A DNA stretch of 64,000 bases, taken from assembly GCA_964199315.1 (NCBI GenBank), contig OZ116701.1, forward strand, positions 7,254,001-7,318,000, given 5' to 3'. The notes beneath the pieces were generated by a model that saw only the letters and a program-made list of their open reading frames with translations, was not told where the DNA came from and searched no databases. Positions within the stretch are counted from its first letter, which is position 1. Each line of letters begins with the position of its first letter. Shown here one piece after another: positions 48,801 through 62,600 of the stretch. This stretch comes from Orbicella franksi. Its lineage: Eukaryota. The translations under genes were made by a program, and so were the position numbers.

Positions 48801-50547
48801 TTGTTGTTGGGAAAAAAATAAGACTGTTAATAATGGACAACTGCAAGGGCTTACTGTATATCAAGTCACATGTACATGTAGTCAACCATTCTTCTCCTCA
48901 ATACAAGAATTTCACAGGTTGCAAGAAAAACTTTCAATTTTCATTTCCATCTTTAATTTGTTCTCAGCCGTGAGAAGTTAACACTTTGGTAATGGAATAC
49001 ATGTACAGTGTATATGATTTTTGAAACATAATAGTCGTAAATTAGGCATGGCTTAAAAGCTCTGTCTAATATTTGAGTATTCTCCCTTCTTCCAGGCAGC
49101 AGTTCATCAGCGTCTAGCTGAGCAGACACTGTTAACACTGACTGGATACTTAGACTGGGTAAAGTTTGGAGTGCTGTATGTTCAGGATTGCATCATTCTA
49201 CAGATGCTGTGCTTGTTACTAGAGGAAGATGCACTAAAAATACCAAGTTGTGAATGTCTTCTCATTATTGTTAGTAGAAAGGTAATTGAAATCAAAGTTA
49301 TTTTCAGCCACATTTACGTAACAATTTTCATATAACACACTTAGGGCTCAAAAAAGGGTTGTCTGGTCATCCAGGACAAGTACATGTAGATTTTCCTGCT
49401 GGACGAGTAACTTTTCATTTTTACTTGCCTGAGGGGCAAGGGCCCAGGCAAGTCATCTGCCAATTATTAAGTATTTAAAAGAAGTAAACCAAGACTTTCC
49501 TAGGGCAAGCCAAACAAATCACTATTGAGTAATGAACTTTATATTATTGAGCTTTGAATCTATTTTACATACCTTAAAAATCTGCTAAACGTCTGCAGAC
49601 TGCCATATTTACCCACATACATGTACCTGTGTAATACAGGCCTGTGTACACACACCCCAATAATTTTGAGGTTAATTCTTGTTATGAACCATGTGATAGG
49701 TCTACTGTAAATGCATCATGTGACTGAATATGCCCTAGCTAAATCTGGTAAATAACTGTCAGTGATATCCCCCAATTGTAAAAAGACCCTGCATGTTTCA
49801 AAAAATATTTGAAAGATGATAAACACAAGTAGCCTCCTTTTGACTATAAAAAATTATGTTCAGATATTTGTCCTTCAACATTATCTGTTACTTGAAGCTC
49901 ACAGTTTTCCTTGAGCTTCATTTTCAGAAAACTGTTCACTTCTCAGAACAGGTAATGCCCACGCACTAATATCTTTGGAGCACATTTTCATGCCAAATGG
50001 AAGCAATTTTTTGTTTATATATGAATTTGCTTTTATTATTGAAAAACTACTAACAGCGTACACAGGGTATAGTACCTCTTGAAACTTTAATTTGTTCCAG
50101 GGAAAACATGAGCAGAGGACACCAATGTTGAAGCTCTTTAGTGAGGATGCCATGAGCGTTATGCTGTCCGCTGCCCAGTAAGTATGAAATAAGTAACCCA
50201 GTTAGTGAAGATACACATATAATTAAATTTTTCCAGCTCTGCTGTTGCTGTGTTGCAGTGCCATTACTTTGCTGCATCTTTTCCTGTGTATAATTTTGCA
50301 ATATGTTTGTCACCTCGTCCCTTGATGAGTTTTTGTTTTGTCAATTTAGTACGCCAATTTCAATACACAAAGGCTTAGGGAAACAAAACAAAAGAAACTG
50401 TATATTTATAAATTCATGCATTATCCTGAACGTGATTTCTTTTGTGTTAGTCCCATAAGCCTTGGCGCCTGTTAGGATCTTAAAGTATTGTTAAAAATTG
50501 TTATGACTTCTTTTTCTCTCTCTCTGTTATTTTATTAAATTAATATT

Positions 50548-50605
<58 letters not shown>

Positions 50606-53600
50606 TAACCAACCAACCAATCTACTCTTATATCTAATTTTGTGCAGCAATTTTTCTTTGTGTACTCCATTGCTATAAGGTTGTGCGTGGTCCTTCTCAA
50701 GATAATAGGGGTGGTGAATGGGTATTGCGAGACTTTGTGAGTAGGCAAGACTTTCTTTGCGAGCCCAAGACATTTTTACTTCTTCATATGTGAGACCGAG
50801 AGGCATTTTAAATACAAGCTCAAGATGTTCAGGTTCTAAGACATTCAGACATCATCTATAAAAAAATAAAAACAAATTGTTACTTTGAGACTTTCTTATA
50901 TCCTTGCAAAAAAAAATTGAGACTGCAAGATGCACATAACCACTAAAAAATGAGACAGCGAGACCCATGGTTTTTGAGGGACAATTTGCTACCCCTAGAT
51001 ATGGTGGGTGTAATCATGAAGAATGGTTTGAAACTGTTGTAAAAAACAAATTGGAGATGTATTAAAAGTATTGTCTTTTCTGTTGTCCTCCAGGAAATCT
51101 ATTACAGCTGAATTTGATGAGAAGCAGTATCTTTTTCTGAAAAGGCTATGTCAAGTGCTTGTCAATCTAGGGGAAGTACAACTATATTATTTATGGGTAA
51201 GAAGAGGAAAAGTTTGGAATCATTTTTTTCCTCAATATTAATATTTAAGATGATTTCTGCTGAACATATGAGCAATATATAATGGCAAAAATAAAGTTTC
51301 TAAAAACCCTCAAAGCATGGTTGTAGTAATTTGAATACAGTTAAGAAGAACTTATTGAGACTTAAGCTCTCAAGCTGACCCCATGAGAGAAAACTGTTAT
51401 CCATATTTTAATTCAAATGGACATTTCAAATCAGTTCAAAACAGCAGGCTTATGAGGTTTCACATTAACTTTCTCGAGAATGCTTGAGAATATAATCACA
51501 GGGTCCCTCAGAGAAATGAATTAAAGAGACAGAGATATTTCAAATAGTCATTATTCAAACATTACCATGCTATGAGTATATTTTTAGTAATTTTTGTGCT
51601 TACCTGTATTGCTTGAATTTTGAGTGAATTCATCGTGATATTTAGTCAGCTGTGGTACATAATTAAAATGTTGTCTAAAATTGAATGATAAGCTGAAATA
51701 AATTAATGTTGTTGATGATGATGATGATGAATAAATCTCTACACCTTTAAATGTAGTTTCTGATACATGTATTTATTATTAATTATTCTTCTCAAGCACT
51801 TTTCTGTTTGTTTAGAATGCTGACAAGCCTAAAGAAAGACCTCCAAACTTCAGACAGTATTTAGAAGCACTGATAGCATTCTCAAAGCATGAAAGCTTGG
51901 TATCTTAGTTAGGTTTTTCCTTCTTTACACTGAGTGACCAAGGGTATAGCTACATATGCATAAAGCACAGACACAATTGTATTCTCTATAGATCATGCGA
52001 TCATTAATACATGTAAAAGAATTAAGGATGACGTGGAAGTGGCTGAGAATGATTATTAATAAATGAATCAGAGTCTGAATTGCATAGTCCAGGTTTAACC
52101 AAAGCCATGGTCATTGTCTTAACAAGATCTCCACCTTGACCAGGTTCTTTTGGTGCTGTTACACTGGGTTCCCATTGTTTGAGGTTTTAGAGTTCCATGT
52201 CTCCTTATTACAAGGTGTTCTACAAGCTGTGTGCTAACACAAAGGAGATTATTTGCAGATATTAGTTATAAGAGAGATATGCTAGGACAGGGTGCAAAGA
52301 AAAAAAATCTTTGGACTGAAAATCATTCACACTAGTCCCACCCCAGCCCCCCCCCCCCCCCTCAAAAAAAATTGTCTTTTTGTCTCTGTAATATTAATTT
52401 CTTCAAAAAATTTTCCTGAGGTACTATTTCATAATCCCTTCCCAAGTGACAGATAGAATTTAGTAGCCCATCTAGAAAATCCACCAGCCCCTGGCTATCA
52501 GACAGGACTTTCTTTGCACACTGTAGGAGTGACATCAGTAATAATTACCCTGATCAATAAAATTTTAGAGTTGTTACAGTAGTGATTTTCTTTTGTTATT
52601 ATTTCCAGACTCTGCCACACTTGACAAATGGACTCTGGCTTTCGTTGCTGAGAAATCCTGTTATCGCTATTGATGAAACATTTCAGGAAATATTTCCATC
52701 ACTTCTGGAGATAGCCAAAGCTAAACTTTACAAGGTACAAGTATTTGAGTGTGTGTATAATCAGTTACTGCATCATATCATTGCTTTCAAACAGAATGAA
52801 TGAATGAATTGATTCATAACTTATTTGTGAGCAAGGTGTTGCATGCTACAGGGTGTTTGACACCACAGTGACAAAATTTCAAGAAATATGTACAGAATGT
52901 AATGATCATGTAAGGTAGAAGATAAAGTCTGCATATGAGCCAAGGGGCCGAACTGGCCAGAGCTTATCCTGGTGTCTGTAGCATGAAAAGACTAGGAGTA
53001 TTTGTACTTCCAACTGGACGGCATGCTAGTCCATCACAAGGTTACTCACAGCATTATCTTTGCCAGTACCCATTTGTCCACCTGAGTAGAGAATTAGGCA
53101 CTGTGGGAGTAAAGTGCCCAAGAACACAACATAATGACCCGGCCATGGCTCAAACCCAGACCACTTGATCCAAAGATGAGTGCACTAACCATGAGGTCAC
53201 CACGCCTCCCACATGTGAGAGCGTGTACTAACAAGTAATCAACTAACTAAAGATAGTGAGGTGGCCATAATACAGCAGAGGGTGATTTCATTTTCATGAG
53301 ACATGATATGTCACATAATTTTATTCCTGTTCTTGTTAGGTTGGTGATCCAGAAGAGGAGGATTCACCAGGAAGTGTTTTTAACCGAGAAGACTTCAACA
53401 GTGAGAGAGAATTCACTTCTGTTAATGGCCGTAAGTGTTAAGAAAAAAATGTAGTTGAAAATGTCCTTGTGTTAAATGTAACTGGTAAAAGGTAGTTGTA
53501 AGGAAGAGCAAAGTCTACTCACAAAACAAGTCATACAACAGCCATGGATAGCATGTGGAAGGCATGGTGACCTCATGGTTAATGTGCCTGACTCAGGATC

Positions 53601-56600
53601 GAGTGGTCTGGGTTCGAGCCCATGGGACATTGCGTTGTGTTCTTGGTTATGACATGTTACTCTCACAGTGCCTCTCTCCACCCAGGAGTATAAATTGGTG
53701 CTGACGGGAGGGGGGGGGGGGTAGTCCTGTGATAGACAAGTTTTCCTGAACAGTGTTTCTCAAATCAGGCCATCTCTATCTAGAGTCCTGAGTGCTTTCA
53801 ACCATCAACTTGTTCACTGTGCTTCCACAAGGAATCCAAAGACTTAAGAATGCATGAAGGTCTATATTTTCATAGGACTTAATTTTTGCTCTCTTCATGA
53901 GCATGCTATGCTCTTTGAGCAAATGGCAAGCATTAATGTCATGCTCTTTGAGCAAAATGTTCAGCATAAAATTAATGTGACAGTCATGCTTTTTGAGCAA
54001 ATGTTGAACATAAAATTAATATTATTAAAATAAAAAAAAGGTGATTCCTCAATTGAGATAAAGTTTCTCATTCTGTTATAATCATGAGTCAGCCTGTATA
54101 CAGTATATCTATAAACAATGAAACATTCTTCCTGTAGATATCATATATCAAAAACCACTTAACAGTGCATTGACCTTACCTGTATAATATTACGCTCAGG
54201 AACTAACTTAAGACAAGAGGTGTCTGCCTATAGAGGTGTTTGATAATTGAGGTAGGCCTGAGAAGTATATAAAAGCCATCTTAATGTCCTATTTCAGAGG
54301 TGCGAGGGGAAACCATGGACATCATTCGTCAAATAACAATGATACATCCTGTTGATACTTTCCTGTATGGAGCCGACTGGTTGTTACAGCGGGCCACACA
54401 AACCCCAGCAGCTGATGTGCAACGTATGTTACTTTGTAATGAAATTTATCTGTGATGTATTAAGTACAATAACTTTGTACACCTAGATGTCAGTGATAAA
54501 AATGTTTGAAGCCTTTATTTGTACTGTCATTAGATACTCTACAGTGGGTTTCCTAACAACACAAGGGTAATGAGGAAAGTGTACATGTTAAATTAGATTC
54601 CTAAACAGTGTTGGAAATTGGCTTGCACCTTAAGTTTTCAAGTGTTCTTAACAGACTAGTATCTAAATGTAAAATTTATCTCATTTAGTGAAAAACAAAC
54701 GCAATCCAATGGTCAAACGAAATTGTTTGATTACCATGGTGAACTTAGTCAAGTGCTAAAGAGAGTTGAGTTCCCTCAAAAAAAATTAAAAGCCACATGT
54801 ACCAGGCTATAGGCTTTGGGAAAGGGTGCAGAAAGCTTTTTAAGTAGCAATCGAGGAGCAAGGGAGGCTCATTATTAAAACTTTGCTGATCTAAGGATAT
54901 AATACCAGTATAACCTTAGTAGCAGTAAGACATGTAACTCCAGGTCCCTCCTGTTACCATGGCTCTGAATTTGTTAACATGATACAAGCCCCCACTCCCC
55001 CCCTCCAAAAAAAAAAAAAAACTAACCAGAAAAAGTGCGGCTGTGTCCAGGGCAGACTTTATTCCCTCTTGATGTACAACGACAAGATTTTTGCTCCCGT
55101 ACAAAAACTCATGCTTGTAAGTATCATGTACAAAAGCTTTAACACAAGTATGCACTGCAGACCTATATTTTTTCAGTTAGTGCAGCTGAAACAGAGAAGA
55201 TGATACATGAGTGGGATGGGCTTACTCGCTACTTGGATTCAGTGATGTCCAGATTTTTCAAAGTGGATAATTACGAGGTTAGTAGATATACAGCTCCTTG
55301 TTACAAAGGGAAATGAAGTGCTGCAAACTTGAAAGGTGCTAAGATTTACTTTGCAAGGTCGATGGCCCTTTTACCCAGCCCGTTTTATGAAGCTCGAATA
55401 GGTGTACAAGTTTTTGTAGAGCGCTACACCTCTACACCTCTTGCGTGTACATATACAAATACATATGTACAGTACATGTGTATTTGTGATGGTTTAATTT
55501 CTAAGTTATGTGATGATGTTGAAAAGGTTTGTCTTGTCATGTTCACTTGTCACTCATAGGAGATCATTCAAGGCCAGGTGACATTTCGAGAATCACCCGT
55601 GGCATTCGTTGAACTGGTCAGGAAATGCATCCAGTCAACTTTAGCAGTTGACTCAAAGGTAGGAGCAAGTGCTGTGTTTAGACTAGCTGTAAGTCTTTCC
55701 CTTTAACTCTGGTCTGTTTGGGTACATTTTTTCTGACATTAAAATTTCGGACGTTTAAGCTTGGACTCTTTGTATCTCAGACACTTTGCTGAAACATAGC
55801 TAAGAAACGTAAACGGCATTTTAGAATGAAACAACATCTGTGAAAATGTTAGGTTTACTGCAACCTCAAGGTTTTACAGGTACACTGACAAAAAAAGAAA
55901 ATATATATGTATATTTATTACTTTTTATTACTTATATTGCCCTTTTTCTATAAAAATAGTCAAAATCAAGATTTGATGACTATCAAGCCATTACGTATCT
56001 CATCTAGAGTTCATGCTATAAAGGAAAGTAGCAGCTGTGGAGCTATTCAAAAGTTTCATACCGTACTGTAAATAATTATTTCGGACGCTTAAAAAATTTG
56101 GACGCTTTTTTTTTTCAGACACTTTTTTGTCCGAAATTGAAATCGTCCGAAAGTTTTTGCAAGTAATATACAGTGTCTATTTGTTGACATAGTCAGCTCT
56201 GGATTACAAGACCAGCTTCTCAACCACTCTGTCTTGCTGCCTCCTTTTACATTTCATGGTCAAAGGTCATTGAAAATAATTTTTCAACAGGTCCCTGATG
56301 TGTTGTCTAGTGTGGCTGATGCTACTCAAGCCCTCTATCCTTTCCTTACGTACAACAAAGACTTGGTGATGGACGTCCTTAAAAAGGTAACTAACTTAAT
56401 GCAAATTCACCCCCAAAATTTCTGCTTACGATAATTATTTCTATGTACTGTCAATCAGTCAGGTGAGGAGAAAATTGAAAAGATCAACTAAGGGACATGA
56501 GTATGTTATCTTGATGAACCTTTAACTTCTCAACATTAATAAAAAATCCAGTCAGAATGATCAGTTAGGACTAGTAATTTTGAAGTTGGGATGGACGGTT

Positions 56601-59600
56601 TTGGGTAAATATGTGACTTTCATAAAAAGCGCTCTACAAATACTGTGGCTCAGCACTTCAAACCTATGCCTTTTTTGTTATTGTAGAAACAATCTTGACT
56701 GATAGTGATTCTTAAAGGGCCCCGTGTGTCAGACAGCATAGCATGCAGAAATGTTTGCCAAGTTAATCAAAATAGTATTAATAATTTAATCTAATTTACT
56801 TTTGTTCTATGCTTTGTTGATCACACATCATTTACCCTTTTGTAATTTTTTCTTGTGTAGATGTTTCAAGTGATTCTGTTTAATACAACTGGTGATCCAA
56901 AGGTATGCACAATGATTAATAAAAGTTGGCTGTATGGGTTGTTGATCAAGCATGTGGCAAGATGGCAGAGTTTTTTACCAATAACTAATAAGTAATAATT
57001 CTTTTTGTGTGTGTTTATCCACCAAGACTTAGCCAATGACCATGAACACACGCAAAAAAGAATTTAAGGTTAATTTCCAGCCACCTGGTTGCATTAGTTA
57101 GTTAAGGTTTATGGGCGAATCTTTACTTTGCGCAGAGAAGGCTTCATGTTAGGCACAAATTGACTACAAACATTTACACGTAAAGAGCTTCTGGAACTTA
57201 GTAATGGGTGAAATGTGTGGGTCTTTGGGTGTAATATTCAAGGAGAAATTGGCATTCAAAAACTGCAAAATTTCTAGATGGCAAAAGCACTAAATAAATG
57301 AGCTCATACATTCTTTGTAAAATTTCGAGCTTTTAAACCCATTTTGGGCTCAAATTCCTCGGACAGTTAATTGTGCTGTGCACTTTCAATATTCAGAACT
57401 AATGTTTTTGTAGCTCCATCAGAAACTGTATTGCTTATGCTAATAAGGTAAATATTTTAGACAAAGGTTCTTCCATTATGTGGTATAAAGAACACCATTT
57501 TTTGCAGGACACAGTGGACACTCCTAAGCAGGAAAGAAGATAGCTGCATCTTTCCTGCTCAGGTGGCCAATCACTGTTAAGTATCTGGTGACCATGTGTT
57601 AATTATTTTTTTCTATAGGGTCCCTGGAGTCCTGATGTTCTCCATGCCCGTCGGCATGCATGTGCTGCAGTCATAAAAATTTGCAAAGGTTTTGGAGAGC
57701 TACTTGTGGTAAGACTTGGCTTATTAAACTAGTAAACTATTTGGCTTCCTAAATGGTCAAGGTTATCGCCATTGTCAACAACAGAAACACCGCTGTGGCC
57801 AGTGTCACCACACATATGTAGCTGGAACATTTTACAAGCTTAGTCTTAAAATAATTAATTATTAATCATTTGTTTACAGTTTCTTTGTTTGTTTCTTTCA
57901 GCCAGTGTTTGATGCCCTAAAGCAGCATGTTCAGTCCTTGTTTGTAGGAGAGCTAGTTCCTGTGAAAGACAGATGCACTTTAACTGAAGCATTGGTCATT
58001 GCCAGGTTATAATAATGTCTTTCTATGTACAGCATTTAAAGCTTAGAATCTACAATGTTCACATTCTGTGTAACTGCTCCAGACCTTAAACCAGGTCGAC
58101 AAAAACCTAAAAGGTCTTTATCTCTGTCAGCAAAACTGTTGGGAGGAGGTAGTTTAACTGTTATTTAAGAGATTGAGTAAAGCATTCAAAAACTACTCTT
58201 GCTAGGTGTAAGCTAAGTTGTGCTTTTACACTGTTAAAATGAAGCGTTTGCTTGTGTTGTTTTAATTTCAGCAATAAGCTAAGTAGAGAAAAACAGAATG
58301 AATTTCTGATTGAGCTGTTGACTCCCATCAGAGACATCTGGCTTAGTGACAAAATGCAAGGGTAAGTGAGTGATCTGTATTATCACAAAAGGTTTTTTTT
58401 TTAAAGAAATATGATCATTTTTATCGTCTTATACTTTATCTTAGGGCAATCTCATCTCCAGAAAATTTTCTTTCATTCATTGGAATTGACCAGGATCCAG
58501 CTTCTTACTTTCAAAATGGTTTGGAAATGACAGTTTTGTTTTTAAATTTTGTTATTGTATTTTAGAGCAATATAAACTTAATTTTTGTTATGAGAGTCTG
58601 CACAACCTTTGTGACAAGCATTGTGACAAAGGCAATACTTTTATGCCAACACTACATTACAAACTATTTTACAAAAGCTGGGTTATAATAAACAATTAGA
58701 TTATGATCACGTGATAGAAATCGAGAGCAAATTAATAATCTAATTGTTTTAGTCTTTAAATCTACTAGTCGTTCAAAACTTTATCCAGGGGGCCACAAGA
58801 ATCTGGCTTCATTAACTGCGGCTGTATTTAGGCATTCCTTAAATAAAGCAATCACTGACTGACCTTTTGTTCAGGTTAGACGAAAATGGCGGTATTAACA
58901 AGCTGACTGTAGTAATGGGTGGTTGTAAGGCATGGTGGGATTGTACTTAATTTTGCAGATTAAGTTAGATACACGGTCACATAGTTTTAAAATGTTTTGA
59001 CTTTTTAATAATTACTGTTCATTTTATAATGAACATTTCAGCTGAGTTGAAAGGAAGGAGATTTCAAGTAAGTGAGCTGTTAAATGTAATAAAAATTTAA
59101 TACGCCACACTGATAATGCAAAGAAAAGTCTTTTTTGTACAGTGGAGCTGAATTGTGGAAATTGATCAATGTTTATTTTATATTGTTGGTACAAGCGGTC
59201 AGTCTCGATTTAATTGATTTTTATCCAGGTCATGTTGTGTGTCACCACTATAATGGCCGTTGTTCGAAGCTGTGCTTTACTCAATACCCAGGTGGGTTAA
59301 TGATTGCAGTTTGATCCTATTGATTACATGAGCAAAGTTTTGTAACTAAATACCAGAGCTGGGTTGTTCGAAAGCCGGTTAATGCTAATCCGGGATTAAA
59401 AGTTAACCGAAGTAACAATTTTCCTCCACAGAAATGTTTTTCACTGCTTATGTTTTGTGTAGTTTGAGATTACACAAGCGAAAAAGTGAAGGACAAACAA
59501 TATAAACAGAAAACCTCATCGAAAATGTACAAAAATGAAATCAAAATTCTCGCTAATCCTGGGTTAGGGTAATCGGGTTTTTGAACAACCCGGCTCAGGC

Positions 59601-62600
59601 TAGCAGAAACATCTGTGAAACAATTTCAGAATGTGATTAGTCAGTGTTTTGTCAGCATGCTTTTGTAAGAATTTACAGTTCGATTCGTTGCTAAATTGAC
59701 ATCAATAGAACCTGCATTATTTTGGTTCCAAGGGGTAGCACAGGTTTACCAACCTTCTCTTATACTTTTGAATAAACGGGCATTGCTTAGCTGGTTCTCT
59801 TCACAAGATGGCAAAATAGAATGGTGCTACAGCCCCCCCCCCTCCGGGGGGGGCGAACTCCCACATAAAAAGGACAGGGGTGCTCGTTGGAAATTTTGAA
59901 AAGAACTCTTATGAGGTACCAAGATCTTGTTTCGTGGGTGTGGCTTGAAATTTTTCACCCCTAAGAGGTACGACACATTAACTCCTGTCATATTTTTTTT
60001 CGGCTCAACACCCTGAAAGGTACTGCAAAAGCTCCCACTGTGGAGGGGGTACCAAATCTGCGTTTTAGCCCCTAAAAGGCATGACAAGCACCCCCGTCCT
60101 TTTTATATGGGAGTTCCCCCCCCCCCCCCCAAACAGCACTGCACGATAGTAATAAAAAGAGGGACGATTAGAACTGTTCTAACTCTTCCCTAGTCCTTAT
60201 GTTATTTTTAATTGTTACATGTATGTAAGACCAGAAGCATATCGCCATATATGCTTCTGGTATAACTGAATGATCTCTCTAAAGGTACACTCCAGTTATG
60301 TATGATTTTAATCAAGATGTATTTCTTCGAAGGTTGTTACAAGTTTTACTTTGATATTATTGTTGGCTTGCATTTGATAAATAGATTTAGAACATGAGGA
60401 GTAAGTGATTGATTTTTCCAAGATTCTTGTTGATGGAAGTCTGTTGTAAACTGGTTATAACTTGTTTCTGTGCAGACGGCGACCAGTGAGGGGCTGTCCA
60501 TTGGGTCGATGCCCAATGGGACTCCTTATGTGCACAACCCGTGTGCACCCCATGTCTTGCCATTACTCGGCAATATTACGGTGTTAGCAAAGTAAGTATT
60601 GCAGCTACCTTTGTTTATTAGACTTCCACTCACTCTGGGAGGCATATAGGGGCAGTGGACTCCGGATCGAGTGGTCTGGTTTCGAGCACTGGTGGGTGGG
60701 ATCTTTGTGTTATGCCTCTCATGACGCAGGGGTAGACAGGGGGATCGGCCGATTGTCAGGGCGACCAGACATGATGCCGTGGGATTTAGTATGTTACACT
60801 TGCATGTCATCCAAGGGAGTAGGAGGATGCAGTAGTGCCTGTAAAAGGTTTCGTTTTACTTTAAACGTCCCAATCTCGTGAGTGCTTTTTATATCAGAGT
60901 TGCGTAATTAAAGGTGCTTATTCTTTGATCTTAAGTCCGAACCATTCTGTGATTGAGAAATTGAGAAGTAAACATACATGGCATACAGAAGTTTACTACA
61001 TTACTTGCAAAAAATTTCGGTCGATTCGGATAAGATTGAGTGTCCGAAGTTTAAAGCGTCCGAAATATTTACGGTACCGCATAAAAGTTTTGATTAGCCC
61101 CCAAACTCTTCCTTTATTTTATGGAGCGAACTCTAGTTGACACACTGCGTAACGACGTGATAGAATTTGTGTTATTTTCTCATTGGTGTATCTGTGTATG
61201 GTTTGGGTGAAACAATGCAGTCATGGTTTCTAAAATAAAGATTTTTGCTTTGACATATTACATCTGTATGTTTGGAATCTTTATTTCTCAGGTGCCTGAA
61301 CAGTCTGTATGATCCTGTGGTAAAATCAGCCATGACTCCTGCTTACACCGCAGCCCTTGACATGCATGATCTTGATACAAGCGCAATTTATGGTATGAAT
61401 TACATGTATCAAACATCACGGTCAAAGTTATAAAAGCATAATCTCCTAAAATACTATAATAAAGAATGGTCAAATAGTTGTCAAAAAATAGTTCGTGGCG
61501 AGTCTAACGCGCCGTTTCGCCCCATTCAATAGACTCTTCAGGGACCTGCCAGAATTTGCCGTTTTAGAGTTGTGGTTTGCTTAAGGTCCCTCGTATTACA
61601 GGACAAGGCGTGGTTAAGCCGTCTATATTTGTTCAAATAAGATAAATGCTGTCTCTTCTTATTTCTTTTCCAGTGCTGCCTTACGAAAGGGTCAAAAGTG
61701 AAGTGCCAACTGTCCAAAACCCTCTTGCAGCAACAAGAAGCTTTTTATATCACTTATCTGACACATGGTGAGGATGGAAGTAGGGGAAACATTGTCCCTA
61801 AGCAGTTAATTGCTGGCCCCACAGGAAACACCAAGTTCTGTTTCTTCACGACTCTCATTATTCCTGCGCTAGTTAACCTTTCGAATAAAAGCTTTGGGTT
61901 GGAACCCTGGAGGGGATTTCCCAAGTAAGAGCGATTTAAGGCTCGGCTAATCAAAATGGTTAAAATCTATGTTCTGTCTCGGGACCAAATCGTTTTGGTC
62001 CGAGACAGAGGAAAGATTTTAACCATTTTGATTTGAAATAAGATCTGTTTTACACTCTGGCCTGGAATTTAATGTTTTGTTTAGATGAGACCTGTTTTTG
62101 TTTTCCCTGATAAAACTCGAGGAAATTGAAGTTATGCAAATGCTTCAGCCATTCCTGATTAGCCGAGCCTTAAAGACTTACTAATTTTAGAGGTAAATTG
62201 GCTATCAGTGTTCGGGTTAAGGCTGAATGAGGGTTACGAAAATCACATATTTTGGTCTGAAATGGGTAAGAGTCGCAAGAAATGTCCAGCATCCCACCAC
62301 CAAAAATTTGAGTTACGTACTATAACTTAATATATCAAACACGCAAGGTCATGTTTGACCACAATTCCAAACACTGAGAAGAGAGTTGAAAATACGATGC
62401 GCAGCGGAATATTTTTGACGAAAGTCGAGGTGTTTGGAAATGTGGTCAAACACTGTCTTGAGTGTTTGATATATCTTCTCAATCGAAACTAAAACTAAGG
62501 AGAAAACGGAAAATTAAAATCGTGAAAATCTATGCTATCCAAGATCAGAGATCCAAACACTCTCACGGTCATGATTTCTTTTGTTTAAACTTGATGAATT

